Part shown: positions 57,906-64,000 of the stretch, piece after piece
Numbering within the stretch: position 1 is the stretch's first letter
How the letters are laid out: each line of letters starts with the position of its first letter
Source of the DNA: an uncultured Bifidobacterium sp.
Lineage (GTDB): Bacteria > Actinomycetota > Acidimicrobiia > Acidimicrobiales > Ilumatobacteraceae
NCBI GenBank assembly: GCA_964614655.1
Contig: CAZTPF010000007.1
Location: 17,819 to 81,818 of the forward strand
Length of the DNA stretch: 64,000 bases
Reading direction: 5' to 3'
Program-made: the position numbers and the translations under genes
The notes under the pieces: model-generated
Seen by the model: only the letters and a program-made list of their open reading frames with translations
Told to the model about the DNA's origin: nothing
The model's database searches: none

Positions 57906-59786
57906 ATGCGCGAGCGCCCGACCGGCATTCCCGATTCCCCGGGCTCGTACCAGTTCAAGGACTCCCACGGGCGCGTGATCTATGTGGGCAAGGCGACCAG
58001 CCTTCGTTCACGTTTGTCGAGCTACTTCCAGGATCCGGCCCTCCTCCACCCGCGAACTGCGCAGATGGTGTCGGAGGCCGACAACGTCGAGTGGATCACG
58101 GTTCGCAACGAACTCGAGGCCCTGATGCTGGAGTACAACCTCATCAAGGAGCATCGTCCCCGTTTCAACATTCGACTGCGAGACGACAAGAGTTATCCGT
58201 TCCTCGCCGTGACGGTCGATGAAGAATGGCCTCGCGCCTTCGTCATGCGCGGAACGCGTCGAAAAGGGACGCGCTACTTCGGGCCGTTCGCCCACGCCTA
58301 CGCGATCCGGGACACTCTCGATCTGCTTTTGCGGACCTTTCCGATTCGCACCTGTAGCGACGGGAAGTTCGAACAGCATCGGAGACTCGGCCGACCCTGT
58401 CTGCTGTACCACATCGAGAAGTGCAGCGGCCCGTGTGTCGGTGCAGTCGAGTCGACCGCTTATTCGTCGTTGGTACGAGATCTGTGCAAGTTCCTCGACG
58501 GCGACACCGACGACGTCGTCCGTGATCTACGTGCACGGATGGAAGAGGCGTCGAAGGATCTCGAGTTCGAACGGGCGGCGAGACTTCGGGATCGCCTCCA
58601 GTCCGTCGAACGGGCCGTCGAGAAGCAGCAGATGGTGGCCGAGCGCGACGAGGACTTCGACGCCATTGCGGTCGTCGACGACGAACTCGAGGCAGCTGTC
58701 CAAGTGTTCTACGTTCGCAAGGGCCGGGTCGTCGGACGCAAGGGTCTGGTGGTCGACAAGGTCGAGGATCTGACCTCTGCTGGTCTCGGACACCGCATCG
58801 TCGAACTCCTCTACGGAGAAGAACCGGTTCTCGGTACGCCGCCGGCTCTGCTCGTGGAGACCGAACCCGATCGGGTCGAAGTCCTCGAGGAATGGTTGTC
58901 GACTCGGCGCGGATCGAAGGTGAGCGTTCGGGTTCCGAAGCGAGGTGACAAACGCGCCCTTCTCGACACGGCGCGCCTCAACGCCAAGGAGGAGTTCACA
59001 CGTCATCGAATCAAGCGGGCGAGCGACCACAACAGTCGCAGTCGTGCCCTGACCGAGATCCAGGACGCTCTCGGCCTCCCGGAAGCACCGCTCCGTATCG
59101 AGTGCTACGACATGGCCCACCTCCACGGAACCGATTACGTGGGCTCGATGGTGGTCCTGGAGGACGGGCTGCCGGCCAAGCGGGAATACCGACGATTCAA
59201 GATCAAGACGGTCGACGGAAACGACGACTACGCGGCGATGCGAGAAGTCCTGACGCGCCGTCTGTCGGCCTATCTTCGTGAACGTGACGAGATGATCGGA
59301 GAGGAGGGTTCGGCGCCTCGACGTTTCGCCTATCCACCGCAATTGCTCCTCGTCGACGGCGGTCGGGGTCAACTGGCGGTGGCGGTGGACGTGGTGAGAG
59401 AGCTCGGTCTCGACGCCGAGATTCCGGTCGCCGCTCTGGCCAAGAAGTTCGAGGAGGTGTTCGTTCCCGGTCGTGACACTCCGGTCGTCTTGGCGCGCGG
59501 GAGCGAGGGGCTCTTCATGCTGCAGAGGATTCGTGACGAGGCGCACCGCTTCGCCAACACGTTCCATAGGGAATTGCGCAGCAAGCGGATGACGAGTGGC
59601 TCGCTGGCCGGAATTCCCGGGCTCGGAGAAGCGAGGCAGAAGAAGCTGGTCAAGACGTTCGGCGGGGTGAACGCCGTCAAGGCGGCTTCACTCGACGATC
59701 TTCTGGCGGTGTCATGGTTGCCGAGTGCGGTCGCCCGTGCAGTCCACGAGAAGTTCCACGGACCCGCGGCCGATCACGAGAAGTGA
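57906..59786 (+). CDS. uvrC: Excinuclease ABC subunit C
   Basis: GIY-YIG PGSYQFKDSHGRVIYVGKA, UVR domain FERAARLRDRL, and a C-terminal HhH region LAGIPGLGEARQKKL. Confidence 0.94.
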   Translation: MRERPTGIPDSPGSYQFKDSHGRVIYVGKATSLRSRLSSYFQDPALLHPRTAQMVSEADNVEWITVRNELEALMLEYNLIKEHRPRFNIRLRDDKSYPFLAVTVDEEWPRAFVMRGTRRKGTRYFGPFAHAYAIRDTLDLLLRTFPIRTCSDGKFEQHRRLGRPCLLYHIEKCSGPCVGAVESTAYSSLVRDLCKFLDGDTDDVVRDLRARMEEASKDLEFERAARLRDRLQSVERAVEKQQMVAERDEDFDAIAVVDDELEAAVQVFYVRKGRVVGRKGLVVDKVEDLTSAGLGHRIVELLYGEEPVLGTPPALLVETEPDRVEVLEEWLSTRRGSKVSVRVPKRGDKRALLDTARLNAKEEFTRHRIKRASDHNSRSRALTEIQDALGLPEAPLRIECYDMAHLHGTDYVGSMVVLEDGLPAKREYRRFKIKTVDGNDDYAAMREVLTRRLSAYLRERDEMIGEEGSAPRRFAYPPQLLLVDGGRGQLAVAVDVVRELGLDAEIPVAALAKKFEEVFVPGRDTPVVLARGSEGLFMLQRIRDEAHRFANTFHRELRSKRMTSGSLAGIPGLGEARQKKLVKTFGGVNAVKAASLDDLLAVSWLPSAVARAVHEKFHGPAADHEK

Positions 59787-60688
59787 GGAAGGACCTCGCT
59801 GCGGAACATTTCGTAATTCTCTCGTCGAGCTTCGGCGTCGGCACCGAGGGTGAAGTCGGGGACGATGATCTCGTCGAATCCGGTGTCGACGAACGCTCCG
59901 ATGGCATCGACGATCGACTGGACCGAACCGGCGATGGAGCGATCTGGTGGGGCGACGGCGAGGACGGCTGCCGCCGCCGAGTCGTCGACGGTGGGGAAGA
60001 AGAGGGCCTGGACGGAACGGTGCAATGAGTCGGGGTCGCGGTCGTGACGCTCGCATGCTCGGTCGACCACAGCGGCCTTGGTCGCTGCGACTTCCGGTGT
60101 GCCCCACGTGTTCCACTCGTCGGCCGACGTGACGGTGATGCGCGACATGCGCGGCCCGCCGGTGCCGACCATGATGGGTAGGCGGCTCTGGACCGGCCGC
60201 GGCCGACACGGCGCGTCGGTGATCGTGAAGTGCCGTCCGGCGAACGTCGTCCGGTCCTCGGTCAAAAGCTGGCGGACGATCGTGAGCGCCTCCTCGAAAC
60301 GGTCGACACGATCCCTGTTGTCGAGAAGGGGTATCCCGTACGCCCGATGTTCGTTGACCTGCCAGCCGGCACCGATCCCGAGGGTCAGGCGTCCACTGCT
60401 GATGCGGTCGAGTGTGGCGGCGGTGTTGGCGAGCAGCGCGGGATGGCGGACGGTCGTCGGGGACACGAGTGAGCCGATCCGGATGCTCTCGGTGACTGCT
60501 GCGGTCGCCGAGAGCATCGACCAGATCTCGTGGACGTCACCGTCGGCCACCGAGCCGTCCTCGGTGTTGGGCATGAAGTGGTCCGCGTACCACAGACAAT
60601 GCCAGCTTCCGTCGTCGACGAACTCGGCGAGTGAACGAAGTTCCTCCCACGAACGTTCGGGTGACGGCCAGACGGAGAAGAGGGTCAT
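59774..60688 (-). CDS. LLM-class F420-dependent oxidoreductase
   Basis: LWYADHF, SGRLTLGIGAGWQVNEHRAYG, and PIMVGTGGP. Its 3' end overlaps the uvrC 3' end by 13 nt (convergent). Confidence 0.82.
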   Translation of the reverse strand: MTLFSVWPSPERSWEELRSLAEFVDDGSWHCLWYADHFMPNTEDGSVADGDVHEIWSMLSATAAVTESIRIGSLVSPTTVRHPALLANTAATLDRISSGRLTLGIGAGWQVNEHRAYGIPLLDNRDRVDRFEEALTIVRQLLTEDRTTFAGRHFTITDAPCRPRPVQSRLPIMVGTGGPRMSRITVTSADEWNTWGTPEVAATKAAVVDRACERHDRDPDSLHRSVQALFFPTVDDSAAAAVLAVAPPDRSIAGSVQSIVDAIGAFVDTGFDEIIVPDFTLGADAEARRENYEMFRSEVLPHFS

Positions 60689-60747
60689 GGTCGGACCCTA
60701 GTGAGGATCGAGAGCGAACGTCGCCCCTGCGCACCTAGGGTGTCGAC

Positions 60748-61488
60748 GTGGGAGATCGTCTCTGGGAGGACAACGCGACGTGGTGGATCGAGGGTTTCAC
60801 CGATGGCGCCGACCCCGAGTACGAAGAACAGATCGTCCCGATGGCGATCGCCGACCTCGACGGATATCGGACGATTCTCGACGTGGGTTGCGGCGACGGG
60901 CAGATCGGTCGAGCCGTGACGAAGGCTCATGGTTGTCACGTCGTCGGCATCGATCCGACCTGGAATCAGATCAAGGTCGCCAAGGAGCGGAGTCTGAGGG
61001 ACGCCGATTCTTCGATGTCGGTCGCCCGGGCCGGAGCAGACCGCCTTCCCTTCGTCGACGAGTCCTTCGACGCGGTGGTCGCCTGCCTGGTGTTCGAGCA
61101 CATCAGAGAGGTCGACTCGGCGATCGGTGAGGTGGCGCGAGTCCTTCGACGGGGCGGGCGGTTCTCCTTCTTCTTGAATCATCCGCTCCTTCAGACTCCC
61201 GGCAGCGGATGGATCGACGATCAGGTCCTCGATCCTCCCGAACAGTATTGGAGAATCGGTCCGTACCTGATCGAAGAAGAGAGCGTCGAGGAAGTCGAGA
61301 AGGACGTGTTCATTCCCTTCATCCATCGTCCGTTGTCTCGCTACGTCGGAGCGATGGTTCGAAACGGTCTCGTCGTCACCGGAATGACCGAACCGGCACC
61401 CCCAGCTGGATTCCTGGCTCGGGCCTCTGAGTACGAAGCGGCATCGACGATCCCACGCCTTCTTCATCTGCAAGCCGAAAAGCTCTGA
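60748..61488 (+). CDS. Class I SAM-dependent methyltransferase
   Basis: ILDVGCGDGQIG motif I, and RVLRRGGRFSF. Confidence 0.78.
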   Translation: MGDRLWEDNATWWIEGFTDGADPEYEEQIVPMAIADLDGYRTILDVGCGDGQIGRAVTKAHGCHVVGIDPTWNQIKVAKERSLRDADSSMSVARAGADRLPFVDESFDAVVACLVFEHIREVDSAIGEVARVLRRGGRFSFFLNHPLLQTPGSGWIDDQVLDPPEQYWRIGPYLIEEESVEEVEKDVFIPFIHRPLSRYVGAMVRNGLVVTGMTEPAPPAGFLARASEYEAASTIPRLLHLQAEKL

Positions 61489-61521
61489 CGGCGCGGTGTC
61501 GACGCCCATGCAACGTCGGCC

Positions 61522-62385
61522 TTGCTAGCGTCGTCGTCAGTGGCCGACATCTTGGTGATCACGGGTATGTCCGGCGCCGGTCGCAGTGCGACGGCGGCCG
61601 TCCTCGAAGATCTCGGCTGGTACGTGGTCGACAACCTTCCGACCACCTTGGTCGACACGATCGTCGAGTTGGCCAGTCAGCCCTCGTCGTCGATCGAGAG
61701 ATTGGCCTTGGTGGCCGGTCGCCAACATCTGGAGCTCATGCCGAAGGTGGCCGGTCTTCGGTCGGCGGGGCACCGGGTGAGGGTCGTGTACCTCGACGCC
61801 TCCGATCACGAGTTGGTGAACCGCTACGAAGCGACCCGTCGTCGGCACCCGCTCGCCGACGAGGCCGAGGGCCTCTTGGAATCCATTCAGAAAGAACGGA
61901 CCCTTCTCGAGTCGATCCGAGCCGACTGCGACCTGTCGATCGACACGACCGATCTGAACGTCCACCAGTTGAAATCCCGTCTGCTCGACGTTTTCGAGAC
62001 GAGTGGCGCCGAGCGTCTCGAAGTGACGGTCGAGTCGTTCGGATTCAAGTACGGCATTCCTCTCGACGCCGATGTCGTCATGGATGTTCGATTCCTACCC
62101 AATCCGCACTGGGAGGAGAGCCTCCGCCCCCTGACCGGACTCGACGAACCAGTTCGGCGTTTCGTTTTCGATCAGACGTCGGCCGGGCGGTTCGTCGACG
62201 ATTTCGTGACCCTCATCAGCGGCGTTCTGCCCGAGTTCGTGAAGGAGGGGAAGAGTTATCTCACGGTGGCTGTCGGATGCACCGGTGGGCGTCACCGCTC
62301 GGTTGCCATCGCCGAAGAGGTCGCCAATCGGCTTCGGCGGAGCGGTCAGCCGGTTCGGACCGGCCATCGTGACGTCGGTCGCTGA
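61522..62385 (+). CDS. rapZ: RNase adapter / nucleotide-binding protein RapZ (YvcJ)
   Basis: ILVITGMSGAGRSATAAVLEDLGWYVVDNLP, FGFKYG, and the C-terminal VGCTGGRHRSV. The start may be GTG 61540. Confidence 0.9.
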   Translation: MLASSSVADILVITGMSGAGRSATAAVLEDLGWYVVDNLPTTLVDTIVELASQPSSSIERLALVAGRQHLELMPKVAGLRSAGHRVRVVYLDASDHELVNRYEATRRRHPLADEAEGLLESIQKERTLLESIRADCDLSIDTTDLNVHQLKSRLLDVFETSGAERLEVTVESFGFKYGIPLDADVVMDVRFLPNPHWEESLRPLTGLDEPVRRFVFDQTSAGRFVDDFVTLISGVLPEFVKEGKSYLTVAVGCTGGRHRSVAIAEEVANRLRRSGQPVRTGHRDVGR

Positions 62386-62471
62386 ACGGCGGGGAATACG
62401 GAGGCAGGGGCAGCCTCGGAACTAGTTTCGGCGACGACGAGTCGGGGTTTTCCGACGGGAAAGGGGCAGTC

Positions 62472-63488
62472 ATGGTGGTCCGAGTGGGAATCAACGGTTT
62501 CGGTCGCATCGGTCGGAACTTCTTCCGGGCGGTTCGGAGCCGGGGTGCCGACGTGGAGATCGTGGCCGTCAACGACCTCGGGTCTCTCGAGACGATGGCT
62601 CATCTCCTGAAGTACGACTCGGTTCTCGGTGTCCTCCCGAACGAGATCAAGGCGACTGCCGACGGCGTGTCGGTGGATGGCTCGACGATCAAGGTTCTGA
62701 GCGAGCGTGATCCCAAGAATCTCCCGTGGAGCGATCTCGGCGTCGATCTCGTGATCGAGAGCACCGGAATCTTCACCAAACGTGATTCGGCTGCCGCCCA
62801 CCTGGAAGGTGGAGCGCCACTGGTGATCGTGTCGGCCCCGTGCGACAACGCCGACGCGACCTTCGTGTTCGGAGTGAATCACGACGATTTCGACCACGGA
62901 CGCCACAAGGTCGTCTCGAACGCCAGTTGCACCACGAACTGCTTCGTCCCGCTCGTGAAAGTCCTCGACGACGCCTTCGGTGTCAGCGAGGGCCTCATGC
63001 AGACCGTCCACGCCTACACCGGCGACCAGATGCTCGTCGACGGTCCGCACAAGGATCTTCGACGAGCTCGAGGTGCGGCGATCAACATCGTTCCGACGAG
63101 CACCGGAGCGGCGCGAGCGACGAGCCTCGTCCTCGAGAGCATGAAGGGCAAGCTCGACGGAACCTCCCTTCGAGTTCCGGTCCCGACCGGTTCGATCGTC
63201 GACTTCACAGTCAACTTGAACACATCGGCATCGGTCGATGACATCAATGCGGCGTTCAAGAAGGCCGCCGAGTCGTCGCCGTTGAAGGGTGTTCTTCGTT
63301 ACACGGAGGATCCGATCGTCTCGAGCGACATCGTGACCGATCCGCACAGCAGCATCTTCGATGCCGGACTCACGGCGTCCATGGGCAAGATGGCCAAGGT
63401 TCTCGCTTGGTACGACAACGAGTGGGGCTACAGCAATCGCCTGGTCGACCTGACGCTTCACGCCGGTACGCGTATCGAGCGTTCCTGA
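62472..63488 (+). CDS. gap: Glyceraldehyde-3-phosphate dehydrogenase (type I)
   Basis: VGINGFGRIGRNF, the active site SNASCTTNC, and WYDNEWGYS. Confidence 0.95.
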   Translation: MVVRVGINGFGRIGRNFFRAVRSRGADVEIVAVNDLGSLETMAHLLKYDSVLGVLPNEIKATADGVSVDGSTIKVLSERDPKNLPWSDLGVDLVIESTGIFTKRDSAAAHLEGGAPLVIVSAPCDNADATFVFGVNHDDFDHGRHKVVSNASCTTNCFVPLVKVLDDAFGVSEGLMQTVHAYTGDQMLVDGPHKDLRRARGAAINIVPTSTGAARATSLVLESMKGKLDGTSLRVPVPTGSIVDFTVNLNTSASVDDINAAFKKAAESSPLKGVLRYTEDPIVSSDIVTDPHSSIFDAGLTASMGKMAKVLAWYDNEWGYSNRLVDLTLHAGTRIERS

Positions 63489-63491
63489 TCG

Positions 63492-64000
63492 ATGATCGGC
63501 GATCTTCCGACACTCGAAGATCTGGGGCCCGTCGACGGTCGACGAGTTCTGGTTCGCACCGACTTCAACGTTCCGCTCGAGACTCTCCCGGACGGCTCGA
63601 GGCGGATCACCGACGATTTTCGTATCCGCGCCGCTCTGCCGACCATCGAATGGCTGACCGAAAGGGGAGCTCGAGTCGTGTGCGCGAGCCATCTCGGTCG
63701 GCCGAAGGGTGCGCCGGATCCGAAGTACTCGATGGAACCGGTGGCGGCCCGGCTCGAGGAACTTGCACCCGGTGTCGAACTTCTCGAGAACTTGCGCTTC
63801 GACGCCGGGGAAGAGGCGAATTCCGACGACTTCGTCGCCCGATTGGTGTCCGGTGTCGACATGTACGTCGACGACGCCTTCGGTGCCGCCCACCGGGCCC
63901 ATGCGTCGATTGTCGGCCCGCCTCGTACTCTGCCGTCGGCGATGGGCCGGCTGCTCGCTCGTGAGGTCGAAGTTCTCCTCGAGTTGCGTCGCCGCCCCAA
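63492..64000 (+). CDS. pgk: Phosphoglycerate kinase, 3' end truncated by window edge
   Basis: Not in ORF track because there is no stop in the window. Manual translation: MIGDLPTLEDLGPVDGRRVLVRTDFNVPLE...ITDDFRIRAALPTIEWL..GARVVCASHLGRPKG..DDAFGAAHRAHAS. Confidence 0.9.
   Translation, partial: MIGDLPTLEDLGPVDGRRVLVRTDFNVPLETLPDGSRRITDDFRIRAALPTIEWLTERGARVVCASHLGRPKGAPDPKYSMEPVAARLEELAPGVELLENLRFDAGEEANSDDFVARLVSGVDMYVDDAFGAAHRAHASIVGPPRTLPSAMGRLLAREVEVLLELRRRP

Overview
High-GC, Actinomycetota-like chromosomal window. The pdtaR-polA-rpsA-coaE-uvrB and uvrC-rapZ-gap-pgk synteny resembles mycobacteria and Streptomyces. Nearly all of it is tightly packed protein-coding sequence, with many ATGA/GTGA start-stop overlaps. 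The left 7 kb is the accessory part: a minus-strand phage-tail-like contractile injection system (CIS) structural operon. Its genes are a sheath, a tube, an assembly-protein-like gene, an untracked 59-aa ORF, a second tube paralog with a Lys/Ala/Pro tail, a 1038-codon low-complexity ORF in the tape-measure position, and an Afp7-like LysM tube initiator that runs off the left edge. This operon abuts core phoH-ybeY, and no capsid, terminase or integrase genes are visible. The rest is housekeeping: phoH-ybeY-CBS transporter, menaquinone genes (menE/A/H/D/F/G), acyl-CoA metabolism, era, a histidine kinase-GerMN pair with a divergent OmpR-type regulator, dinG, uppS plus a degenerate uppS paralog, recO, glyQS, trpCFBA, bcp, a FAS-II cluster (fabZ; fabD-H-G-acpP-fabF), one tRNA, an ANTAR regulator, polA, rpsA, coaE, uvrB-uvrA-uvrC, rapZ, gap and pgk (partial). 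No rRNA, CRISPR array, transposase or integrase was seen. Main items for follow-up: the CIS operon and its odd tape-measure-position gene (three mutually open frames), a possible two-subunit cis-prenyltransferase, a FabD fused to a lysine-less biotinyl-like domain, and a class-I tRNA whose best fold gives anticodon CAA. All calls come from reading the sequence and ORF translations by eye. No database search was run.
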